64,000 nt of DNA from Camelus ferus. Its lineage: Eukaryota. Below, in pieces: positions 1 to 10,468 of this stretch. The stretch covers positions 63,366,001-63,430,000 of the forward strand of contig NC_045707.1 in the NCBI RefSeq assembly GCF_009834535.1, read 5' to 3'. Within the stretch, counting starts at the first letter, position 1. Each line of letters starts with the position of its first letter. Both the position numbers and the translations under genes were made by a program. The notes under the pieces are model-generated. The model worked only from the letters and a program-made list of their open reading frames with translations. It did no database searches and was not told where the DNA came from.

Positions 1-1682
1 GTTCTCCCAAAACACAGCAGAATTTCCCCCAGCTTCTTACACAGTATCAACTTCTGAGAGTTTCTAGACACAATGAGCCCTGGTCCAGGGATCAGAAAAC
101 CAAAGTTGAAGTCCCAGCTCTCCACTAACAAGCCTTCTGGCCTCAGCAGTTGACCTGGACTACTCTGATCCCAAGTTTTCTGCTGTTGTGAGAATCACCT
201 GAGAGCAGAGGAGGCTCTCCCAGTGGCATCATTACTAATCGCCAAACTGCCTCCACTTCTAAGGTTGTCGATTTCATTTTTAAGTTCATTTTGGTTGTTC
301 CCTGGTCCTATAGTCATTTAATTAATCAAAGTGATTTTAAATGCAATAGGCTGGGGCAGAAAGCACAAATCACTTGTTTACTCAATTCAACAATAAGCTT
401 GAAGGCTTACTACCATGGGACACTCAGCACAGCTAACAAGTACGGTGGGCATTCTCTACGCCAAGCACAGTTAAGTGCTTTTCTGCGCATTTACTCATGG
501 ACACCTGCAGCAATCCCATGAGGACAGTAGTAGTATTATCCCCAAATTAAAACTAAAAGTGTGGGTTCTGGAGCCAAGCTGCCTGAGTCTAGACCCTGCT
601 TTGTAGGCTCACTATGTGACAAGTTACTTGACTTCTCAGTGCCTCCATTTCCCCATCTGTAAAACAGGGAGTGTTGAGAACACATATCCCATAGGATTCT
701 TGTAAAATTGAGTTAATATAAGGTTCTCATTAAGCACTAGCGGTAGTCACTGTCAGAAACTGGTGAGTGAGTTCATTAGCTTTCTCAAACCTTCATCACA
801 GGTAGAGCTGCAGCTGGAATTCGAACCCAGTTCTGTTGGACTCTAAACAAGTGGTGAAAAGCCCCACAGACTCTCAAAAAATAAGAAACAGGAAACAGCC
901 CAAATCTAAAAAGCATTAAAGGCACTCGCTAACAAGGCATTAGGGGCTGGCTGTTAGTTTTCCCCCCTTTCACCGTTGGAGTCACTTTCAGAGGCAGTAA
1001 CTCAGGACCAAACCCGAGTCACTGTGTGTTAGGACAGAGCTGGCAGCACTGGTAAAAACATTTCTCGCTGGCTTTGGCCAAAGGCAGCCGCCGCCATCAA
1101 CTCCCCTTACTCTGTCACCAGGACTGGCTCTTACTGCTCAGTATCTCAACTTGCAGTTTTGGAAAACTTCAAGAAGCCAAAGCCTACCCTCTGCTCTGCC
1201 TGCCAGAAGCGGGCGTGGTGGGGGAGGGGAGGATTCTGCCCGGTTTACCCCGTCCTGACCTCTTAGCCGGTGCGCGGCTGCCCTGACCTCGCGCTCACGC
1301 ATTTTCCCTCGACGGTAACTTGCCAACTTTTGATGTGACCCTGGCCTGGCATCGCTCATATTACACACTATCCTTTAAAAAAAAAAAAAAAAAAAGAGCT
1401 GTGTGCCCCGGCTAGCTAAGGAACTTTGACAAAGCAGGGAGTCCCAGGCGAGAGGGGTGACATTTAGCACTGGTGAGTGAGTTTGTGAAGTTGGCGCAGT
1501 GAGAACCCAGGCATCTGGGAGACCCGGATAGTTCTGTGAGACGGTCCTACCCTGCCTTCCCTTCCTCCATCCCTCGCTTCCGGTTATCGGAACCTAACTG
1601 CGTCCCCGGGGTCGCCCGCTGCCCAGCGGTTTAGAGCAGCCTGGCTGGGTGGGGCGGTGCCGGGCACCGCCTCCCTCCGTAC
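1..1682 (-). other. TRHDE: 5' part of the TRHDE intron following the first coding exon
   Basis: Downstream of the donor; contains MIR remnants and no further TRHDE-like coding sequence. Confidence 0.85.
465..850. mobile_element. MIR remnants: plus-strand MIR (~555-740) nested in a minus-strand MIR
   Basis: MIR core GTGACAAGTTACTTGACTTCTCAGTGCCTCCATTTCCCCATCTGTAAAA on plus, flanked by reverse-orientation MIR pieces including GAATTCGAACCCAG. Confidence 0.65.
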
Positions 1683-1685
1683 CTT
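1677..1685 (-). other. TRHDE: 5' splice donor of the TRHDE first coding exon (AAG|GTACGG)
   Basis: GT at 1682-1681 on the minus strand, exactly where the translation departs from the TRHDE sequence (…GERR then non-homologous YGGRR). Confidence 0.9.
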
Positions 1686-2587
1686 CTCTCCCCGTGGAGC
1701 ACGTAGGAGCTGCGGAAGAAGCCTAAGAGCTCGTTCTCGATCAGGGCGTTGTAGATGATCTTCAGATTGTAATTCCTCTGCGCATCCAGGGTCCTATTCA
1801 GCACCACCACCAAGACCTGGGTTTGCGGGTAGAGGAAAAAGCCGGCCACGGGGACCGCCCCGGCCACGCGGTCCTCGGCCAGCTGCACCTTCTCGACCGC
1901 AACTCGGGAGGCGTGCAGCACGACGTAGCGGGTGGCGTTCCGGCACGCGATCTCCACGTTGACCTCCCCGGAGAAGGTGAAGTTCTCCATGAAGGCGGTG
2001 AGCATCAGATTGTAATGCAGAGGCTTGAGGTGGCCCGACAGGCGCAGCTGCGTCCACGGCTGCCACTGCTCTCGCTCCTCCTCCGACGGCGGCTGAGCGG
2101 ACGAGGTCTCAGGGGTGGCTTCCCCGCCTGCCTCGGGCTGCGAGGAGCCCCCGCCAGCGTGGTGGTTGCGCCGAGCCGACCCCGGAAGGCTCTCGTTGCT
2201 GCCGCGCCCCGGGAAGCCGGCAGGGTGGCTGTCGGCGCCGGGCGGTACGCTTGCCCCACACTCGTCGAAGCGCAAACTGAGCAGCACTGCGAGCATGGTG
2301 ACCGCGAGCAGCGCCACGATGGACACGGCGAACGCCAGCACTAGCCGTTTGTGCACCGTGATGTGGCGCTCGGTGGTGCGGGGTCGCACCCCCACGGAGT
2401 CTGCCCATGGGTCCGAGAGCCCCCTGCCGCCGGCCCGGAGCGCGGCGTCGTTCTCCCCCATTGTGGCGGCGAAGGGTGAGCAGCTCTTCTGAGCCCCCTC
2501 CTCCTCCTCCTTCTTCTTCCTCTTCTTTTTCTTCTTCTTCTTTTTCTTCTCCTCCTCTTGTTCCCCCCGCTCGCCGTCCAGGGCCAT
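1683..2587 (-). CDS. TRHDE: First coding exon of thyrotropin-releasing hormone-degrading ectoenzyme (pyroglutamyl peptidase II); partial CDS, continues beyond the window's left end
   Basis: Translation MALDGERGEQEEEKKK...MGENDAALRAGGRGLSDPWADSVGVRPRTTERH...LVLAFAVSIVALLAVTMLAVLLSL (type II signal anchor)...LRLSGHLKPLHYNLML...GFFRSSYVLHGERR matches the mammalian TRHDE N-terminus and the M1 aminopeptidase N-terminal domain. ATG at 2587 (alternative ATG at 2461). Homology ends at a phase-2 donor AG|GTACGG (exon end 1683). The ORF-track start at 2590 is a GTG, and 1631-1682 is intron read-through. Confidence 0.96.
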
Positions 2588-2667
2588 CACACTGCCTCCT
2601 CCTCCTCCCCCGCCCCCTCCGGCACCCCCCGCGGGCGGGCCACCCGGGCCACCCCCAGCGCGAGCAT
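2587..2667 (-). other. Candidate upstream ORF, 26 aa (MLALGVARVARPRGVPEGAGEEEEAV*), stop overlapping the main ATG
   Basis: ATG at 2667, open for 26 codons, TGA at 2589-2587 sharing its A with the TRHDE ATG. The ORF is seen in sequence; its translation is unproven. Confidence 0.55.
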
Positions 2668-3463
2668 CAGAGAGCGCACGCGGGCCGAGGGCGCGACGCC
2701 AGCTGGGACCCTGGGGAGACTGGCCCGGGTTCTTTTAAGACGGGCTCTGGCCGCAGGCGACAACAACCTCGGCGGTCCCCATCAGCCCCGCCTCTCTCCG
2801 GACACCGGCGGCCGAGGCGCGGGGCGGCGAGCTCTGGGACTCGCCCAACTTGGAAAGCGTCTCGTTCGCCCCAGCGCGCGCTACTTCTCCTGCGGGCGCC
2901 GGGCTCCCGGGCACATGCTGCCCCCGCCCCTGTGCGCCTGCGGCTCCCAGCTCTCCCTTCCCAGCGCGGAGCTAGCGCCGGGCTTTCCGCGGGAGGCTTC
3001 CAGCGGGTCCTCGGCTGGCAAGGACAGGGAGCGGTGGAGAGGGAAGTTAGGGCTGCCGCTCTCTCTCCCTACTCCAGCGGCGGCGTTCAGTCCTCTGGGT
3101 GGGATGTGCTCGCAGCAGCGGTGGCGGCGGCAGCGGCTTCCAAGCCATGCACCCTGCAGCCAGCCAGGGACGAGAGGATGGCCGGGGAGGAGGAGACCGG
3201 GATGAACCAGCCCGGTGAAGTCCCAGGGCCGCAGAGCTGCGCCGGGAATCTGTCCTGGAGAAGCCTTCTCCTCCAGCCTGGATACTTTAAGCAGTGGTGG
3301 CGGCAAACAGCGTGAGGTTGCAAACTGGACAGCGAGCCTCCCCCATGCCGACGTTGCTCTGACCTCCGGAGATGACACGTGAGCAAGAAGTGTCCAGCCG
3401 GGCCATCCCCTTCAGGTAGATGAAGCTCCGGGTTTGCTCCGTATCCCCGTGGGGAAAGCCGGA

Positions 3464-3525
3464 GTGCGTGTGTGCGAGTGAGTGTGCATGTGTGCGCGCG
3501 TGTGTGTGCGTGAGCGTGTATACAC
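3464..3525. repeat. Imperfect (TG/CG)n alternating purine-pyrimidine tract
   Basis: gtgtgcatgtgtgcgcgcgtgtgtgtgcgtg is uninterrupted alternation at 3482-3512. Confidence 0.85.
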
Positions 3526-6500
3526 AGGCTCCAGGTCTAGCTTACCAAAGCTACTCTGGCTGCATTCGGGGACTGAAACTCCCAGCGCAAGGCAAAGGAG
3601 AGAGCGGGAGAGCGCGAGGAGGCAGGGCGGGCGCGAGGGAGGGGAGCGGCTGAGCGGCAGAGGCAGGCGCTGGGAGATTAGAGAGCTTTTCTCCGCTCTG
3701 TCACACCAGACACCCACAGCCACAGAGGGGGTTGTTGAGCCGCCCGCAAGAAGTACATTGTAAATCTTCAGCGCAACGAGCCCCGCAGTCACCCCTCATC
3801 CAGACTCTGTAGCCCCCACCGCGCCTCCGCGGAGGGATCGTTGGAGCCTTCGGCTATTAACGCCGAGAGGCAAAGAAGATCTTGCTGGGGAGACTTAGCT
3901 GTCTCAGATTTCCCATCAAGCTCGCCAGAGGGTTTGGAGGACTGTTGGTAAATGGAAATGAATTCTCCAGAGCCTGACTACGTATATTAGACTGTGTGTG
4001 TCCAGGTGTGCGGTATGAAAATCAGGTTTAGCAAGAAAGCATTAGAAGGCTCCGGAAGCAACAGCTAAAGAAAAGAGATTTTTCCCCCCGTCGAGTAATT
4101 TTTTTTTTAGATTGAGGCAATGATTAAAATATAATACCTAAAGTGTAATAATTTTCGGGACCCAAAACTTGAGGCTGAAAAAAAGCTGGAGACATGAGCC
4201 ACATTACTTTAGACTTAGAACGGTCAACAAGTATATTCTGTTATTGGTCAGTTTTTCACTTCGCCTGGCCGCAATTACTTTTTTTTTTTTTTGAGTTTTC
4301 AGTGTTATCATGAACGTTGTTTAAACTTTTTTTAGAACAGTTATCAATAGGAAGTGTTTGCTGACAGCAAGATCATCAAACCAGGTTCACTGACCATTGG
4401 CTGGTCATCGATTCTCGTCTAAGTTTGCAGAAGTCTTAAATTATAGTGCAGAGTTGTGTATGAGCATATGGGATACCTAAGCCATAGAATTTGTGTCAAG
4501 AACTCTAACTGGAACAGTATTCAGAAAACAGACACCCCAAAGGTAACAGCTCACAGGCAGGAGTCTCTAGTTTCTAATAAAACAAAGTGTGATGGGCTTC
4601 AGAGTCAATTTTTTTTAAGTGCAGAATAAAAAGAATGAAGTAATTCCTTTTCCCGTGTTTCTTTCACATTTCCAGATCCTGGAGGCATTTTAAAAAATCA
4701 TGTCCATAATTATTTTTCCTACAAAAAGGAATGTTTAATACCACTCTAGCTTTTGTGTCCTGAAAATATACATTAAAATACTGTGTTTGGCTTTAAAAGC
4801 ATGACCAAAGAGAAGAGCCCAAACACACATCAACTTCAACTTAAAAACTGCTGAAAACACAGCCCTATTCCTTGTAGCTCTTTGCCATTTATCCCCAGAT
4901 GGGATACAATTCCAGTGCCATACATTCTAAATGTCCACGTGAATCCTTTTTAAAAGCTGATAAAAAAGAAGTGCCTAGATGGGGCTTTTTTTTTTTTTTT
5001 TTTTTTTTTTTGCGTGTTGTATGTGGGCCGTTAGCAACAGACCAAGGGAAATGCCACATTCTGTTCAAGTTACTTTTTTCTGCTCTGTTTTTAAATCTCT
5101 GTGCTCCTGCTGTCCATATGTATCTGCCTGTATGCATTTTAAGAGTTGAGGAGTCAGGGTGCCTTAGCTGGTTTTCACAGAATTGAGAAACGTACTACAG
5201 GCAGGCAGAAAGAGCTGTGTGACTCTTAGCAGCTCACCAAACTTCTCTGACCTTAGAGTCCTAATCTGGCAATTCAGGATTACTGATCTAAAATCCATAG
5301 CTTCAACACACTTGGATTATCAGAGGGACCTGGAACCACCCACCCCCCGCCCCCGAAGTCTAAGAACCACTACTTAAATGAAGAGGTTACCCACTAAAGG
5401 ATCTTTAAGACCTTTCTCTAAAATGCTATCAGTCCAGAAAAGATTCAGAGAAGGCTTTTTCTGTTCTTCTTTGTATTTTATCCATGTACTTTTGAAAATT
5501 ACTACAAGGCAACTCTCAAAGATTTCAGAATTAAAGAATATATTCACCAGTTAGTAAAGTCTCTCCTGACTGTGATTAAATTAGTGGATGGATTCTTTGG
5601 GGGACCTAAGTGGAGTGGACACAACTCATTAAAATGCTGATTCCCCTAAAATGTAACTGGACCCAGTAAACTCAATATCATGGTCAAGTGGGTAAGTATT
5701 TCTTCCTCTCATATCCATGTTACAAAAAGTTCCCATGACTTCTTTTTTTAATTTCCGGAAGTATAAAACCTACTTCTGAGAAGCAAGCACTTTGGTAAAA
5801 ATAACTTTTCAATTTTATTTTTTAGAGAATGTCTGTTCCACCCTCCTTAACCCCCCCCCAAAAGGCAAAATTTCACATTGTGTACCTAAGAAAAAATAAA
5901 GAGATGACTCACCAATATTCCTATGAAGATATTGTTTTCAGTGCTGTAGATCACTAAATTGGAGATGGTTTGACTTCGCCAGTGCTAGGGACATGCAGTG
6001 GAATAAGACTTTCCAAAGTGCCTCAGAAACACATTTCTCATTGGGATAACTTACGATTATTTTCTTTAGCCGATAAATGTCTTTAAAGCCATTTTTTTGG
6101 CCATATCTGATTTAGGGGTGTGTACAATGATTAATATACAGAAGGCCAAACAGAAGTTATTAATTAAATCTACACCTGGGTCCTGTGAATAATCCAAATG
6201 AACTATTTTCAGTGAATGTGCTGGCTTCAGAGTCTTTACTCTTATTGTTTACACTTGAAGTGCTTTTTTTTTTTCCTTTCCCACTGGTTTGTATATAGAG
6301 GCACAATTTAAGTGCCATTATATACTCAGCCCCTTCAAATATGCTTAACACTTCACATCCAGAAGCAGCTTGGCTTAGGAGAAAGAACTAGATTCTGGTC
6401 TGCCCTCACCTGCCTACATTATCCTAACTCTGCTTAAGTGAGTCAGTTCCTTGACGTGTTAATGTCAGGAGTTAGATGCACCACGTAACTTCAAAGATCT

Positions 6501-7805
6501 CTTCCTGTTCTCAAATTCTGCAAAAGAAATTCCAAAGCTAATATAACCAGTCTCTTTATTTTCTCAAGGGGTTTTTAATTAGTATTCTCCACTGAGAAGC
6601 CGAAAATATCAATTAAAAACTAAAAGTTGAATGGGTAAAGAGACTCTACAAAAGTACACTGTACTAGCAAAAGTATATGGAGAATAGAACAGCCCCTGCT
6701 CCTCTGGCAGAGAAAACAGGACTGATCAATTTTATGAGAGGGGTGTGCCCCGAAGACCTCACAATTGGAGACCAATGCTGACAAGTGAGTGGTGGGAGTC
6801 TCTGTTCACCAGCTAAAGTGCTGCCTGGTGTGACACTAGAGGCAATTTGAAATTTGAGATTGTGAGAATTTGATGAAATTTTTAATGTGGGGAAACTCAC
6901 AACACTGCAAACCTTATGAATACTTTTATAATGCATAATTTCAAAATACCATTTGGACCACTGCATCTACTGACACTGGTAAAGGGTTTCACATAAGAAA
7001 TACCCTTCTGAATAGAAATTCTTCAAGGTTTTACAGATGGAAAGAGGAGGATTAAAATTAGCCATAATTGAGACAGTGCAATTTCATGTCTGTAGTTTGC
7101 CAACTACAGTTAACACCCTGATTTAACTGTTAGTTGTCTGGCTTCTATTTATTTGAAAAGATTAATTTGAATTGACATTATATCTAAATGCAATTGTGTC
7201 TTCTTTTCTCACATAAAAACCTGTGAAATTATAAAGTGGTTTTAAAAGGAAAACATACCCTACCCTATTAATATATGACTACATGTTATTTGGCCTAGAA
7301 AAGTCTCATGATTATGCTTACAACAAGACAGAACAAGTATTAGTGCATCATAAAGGCTTCTCTGGATGGCAAATGTAAGGAAAAGCATAACTGACTATCC
7401 ATAGTGTCATTCCCAATTCTAGAATTAAAAGTTATATCCAGGGAGGAGAGAGCTAGGATCTCAAAAAAGTTGTACTGTGATCTGGGGGTTCTAATGCTAG
7501 GTTAAAACTCTTCAGTGTTCACTGTGGGATCTTTGGTTTATGATCTCAGTAAGAAAGCTTCATAAAAAGGCAAAGAATGCATCATGGAAATGTTTACAGT
7601 TTATTCATGAAATCTGCAAACATAACATAAAGCAAATTCTAAAGGCAGAATAGAAATTGGGTAACTTCAGAGATGTTTCTCTTGAACTAGTCAATTTGTC
7701 TAGTAGTTCAAGAAATGGAAATAGTATGTATACCCATATAATATTTACCATATGTTTAAGTTGTTCAAATCCATGTTCCTGGATAAATATGGCAGTAATA
7801 AAATG

Positions 7806-7806
<1 letters not shown>

Positions 7807-7836
<30 letters not shown>
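7807..7836. repeat. (TAA)10 microsatellite
   Basis: Direct read. Confidence 0.95.
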
Positions 7837-7838
<2 letters not shown>

Positions 7839-8060
7839 GCTAAGATTTTTCTAGGGTTTGCCTTGTACCAAGTATTTGTCTAAGTGCTTTGTTATCTTAT
7901 TTAATCATAAAAATAGCCCCATCAGGTCAATGCTGTTATTCGCTCCATTTGACAAATGAGGAAACTGAGACTCAGAGAGATGGAATACCTTGCTCAAAGT
8001 CATGTACTCAGTAGAGTCAGAATGCACAACTCTGTCATCTATATGCTTAACCATTATGTC
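7837..8060 (-). mobile_element. MIR SINE remnant
   Basis: CCATTTGACAAATGAGGAAACTGAGACTCAGAGAG...TTGCTCAAAGTCA is the reverse-complement MIR core. Confidence 0.75.
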
Positions 8061-8111
8061 ATACTACATCCTGAAAAGTAAGCCAGATAACTACCCAACT
8101 GCATAATTGAT

Positions 8112-8262
8112 TTTTTATAAACTTTTTTTTTTTGCTTGCATGGGGGGAGGTAATTAGGTTTATTCATTTAGTTAGTTTTTTGACGGAGGTACTGGGGAAT
8201 TGAACCCAGGACCTCATGCATGCTAAGCCTGTGCTCTACCACTTGAGCTATACCCTCCCCCT
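8112..8262 (-). mobile_element. tRNA-derived camelid SINE (Vic-1-like)
   Basis: Minus strand GGGGAGGGTATAGCTCAAGTGGTAGAGCAC...GAGGTCCTGGGTTCAATTCCCCAGTACCTCC with Pol III A and B boxes, AAACCTAATTACCTCCCC tail and poly(A); TSD CATAATTGAT at 8102-8111 and 8263-8272. Confidence 0.88.
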
Positions 8263-8370
8263 CATAATTGATATTTGCTGCATAAATTATCAAGTCAGGG
8301 CCAGGCAGAGTGCTGGAGGTGTAACACTGAACCGAACAGTCATGGTTCTCTCTGGCATTGGAGAGTCAGC

Positions 8371-8472
8371 ATGTGCTAAGTGCTGTATGAGTAGTTATTA
8401 AATGAAATGAATAGAGAAAATGTGCTAAGTGCTGTATGAGTAGTTATTAAATGAAATGAATAGAGAAAATGT
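8371..8472. repeat. Perfect 49-bp tandem duplication
   Basis: 8371-8419 is identical to 8420-8468, followed by a third ATGT. Confidence 0.95.
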
Positions 8473-9002
8473 AGTATGACCCTGAGCAGAATAATGATTG
8501 TAGTTTTATAAAGTAACGATAGAAAGAAAAAAGGAGAGCATTATTCATCCTTGATTGAGAACGCAGTAGCGGAAAGAGTTGACTGTAGCTTATTTTCCTT
8601 CTGCAGAACAAGCAGTTTATATGCCTTAGAAATCTTACCTCTTCAAGGCATTAAGAATTGTATCTTTGACTCGGGCTTATGTGGCAATTCAAATTTACAT
8701 GATTTGAATGTGCCTCACCTCTTTCAAACCATGAAAAGTATCTGCTTCAAATGTACACATATACAGCTATGAATGTAAAGTCACATAAAGACAGACTATC
8801 CTGTTGTATTTCTTCCATATGTATTTTCTAACCCACATGTTTTTTCCTGTTTGCCATTCATGTATTCACTCTTCTTCCATTTAATAATAAAACCTACTAT
8901 CTCTTAAAACCTGCACTTACTACACATACAGATACACATTTGTTTGATACATAAATGTTTATCACTATAGCTCTTTAAGTGAGGTAATTACAGTGTATTA
9001 TA

Positions 9003-9200
9003 TAACTAAGTTGAGATTAGATCTTAAATGTTCTCACCACAAAATGAAATGATAATTATGTGACATGATAAAGGTACTAGCTAACGCTACAGTGGTGATC
9101 ATAGTACAATATATTAATGTATCAAATCAACACATTGTCCACCTTACACTTAGACAATGTTATGTGGCAATTATACCTCAATTTTAAAAATAAAATAAAA
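9003..9200 (+). mobile_element. L1 3' end (L1MA9-like)
   Basis: AGATCTTAAATGTTCTCACCACAAAA...ATCAAATCAACACATTGTCCACCTTA...CTCAAT plus A-rich tail. Confidence 0.75.
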
Positions 9201-10012
9201 TTACTTAACTAATAGGGTAATTACAAGATTTTCTTAAATTTGAATAGCAAATGCCCATTGTCCATGGGTTGATAAAGAAATTAGGATAAATATGGTGAAG
9301 TTTTTCTCTTTCAGATAATGAAGAATCTTGAGGTTGCATACTTGAAAGCTGATTTTGGTTTTTCCATGGTGCATTTTACTTTCAGTAATATAAAATACAT
9401 AATACTTTTACTGTGTCGGTATTCTAATCAAAGATGCAGCGATTTCTGAGAGAGAAGCACATCTTCTGTTAGAAAATGTTTCACAAGCTATATAGCATAT
9501 ACATAGAACACAATAAAGTAAAAACTAAAATTGCGTTGTTTTCCAACTCATTGAATTCCTACTTTGAAACCAAGAAAACAAGTGAACAATAGTATTTCCC
9601 CTCCGGTTTTAGGCCTGTTTAGGAGTAATGTATCTCTTAATCATGAACTGAAGAATAGCCTCTTTTTGGGGTCTCTACCTTCTCCTTGCTCATAACCAGA
9701 GATGTTCGCTAGAGAAGACCCAGCTCCTTCCACCACGTGGCCCTGTAACTAAGGACCCACCTGCCTCTCCACTCTCAGGGTCATGTTCTAAGACAATGCC
9801 AATGTCACACCATTTTTACTTTCTCTATGCCTGGGTTTCTGAGAACAATTCCATTCACGTCCAGGAAGTATTCTCCAGGTGCCTTGAAAGTTAGGTGAAA
9901 TATGTATTTGGGGATCCAAGAATTACTTTTGGAATTCAAACAGTTAGACTTGGGCTAAGAGGCCTTATTCTTGGTGGTTTAAAAAGTTGGTAATATGCTA
10001 TTACTACAAAAA

Positions 10013-10468
10013 CAAGCATACCTCAGAGATACTGCAGGCTCGGTTCCAGACCACCCCAATAAAGCAAATATTGCAGTATGGCAAATAACTTGTGGCTTCC
10101 CAGTGCATGCAAACGTTATATTTACACTATACTGTAATCTATTGTGTGCCATAGCATAATACCTAAAAAATACATACTTTAATTTTAAAATATTTAATTG
10201 CTAAAAATCGCTAACCATCATTTGAGCCTTCACTTTGATGTCACAGTAACATCAAAGACCACTGATCACAGATCATCATAACAAGTATAATAATAATAAT
10301 GAAAATTTTGAAATATTGCGAGAATTACCAGAATGTAACACCGAAGCAAAAAAGGGAGCAAATGTTGTTAGAAAAATGACACCAGTATGTATAGGGCTGC
10401 CACAAACCTTCAATTTGTAAAAAAAAAAATGCACTGTCTGTGAAGCACAATAAAACAAGATGTGCCTG
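10013..10468 (-). mobile_element. Non-autonomous Tigger1 deletion derivative (Tigger1a-like, TcMar)
   Basis: Termini CAAGCATACCTC and AAGATGTGCCTG followed by TA resemble Tigger1 TIRs; both subterminal Tigger1 regions present, transposase absent. Confidence 0.8.

Larger units (their letters stand above)
1050..3870. promoter_or_regulatory. CpG island / TRHDE promoter region
   Basis: Visibly very high GC and CpG density versus the AT-rich, CpG-depleted rest of the window; GC boxes (e.g. CCCCGCCCC near 2922-2930 and 2608-2616); spans the first coding exon and ~1.3 kb upstream. Confidence 0.9.

Noticed and set aside
1631..1682. C-terminal YGGRRCPAPPHPARLL of the 319-aa ORF
   Set aside because: Read-through into the intron beyond the splice donor.
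1797..1817. REST/RE1-like TTCAGCACCAC
   Set aside because: Only the left half-site matches, the GGACAG right half is absent, and it is explained by Val-Val-Leu-Asn codons.
1794..3792. Many long overlapping ORFs on both strands (e.g. 2407-3315, 302 aa; 2558-3205, 215 aa)
   Set aside because: Expected stop-codon scarcity in a GC-rich CpG island; low-complexity Pro/Arg/Ala products with no recognisable domain.
8185..8261. Apparent tRNA-Ala-like gene
   Set aside because: Carries a SINE tail, poly(A) and TSD, so it is a tRNA-derived SINE rather than a tRNA gene.
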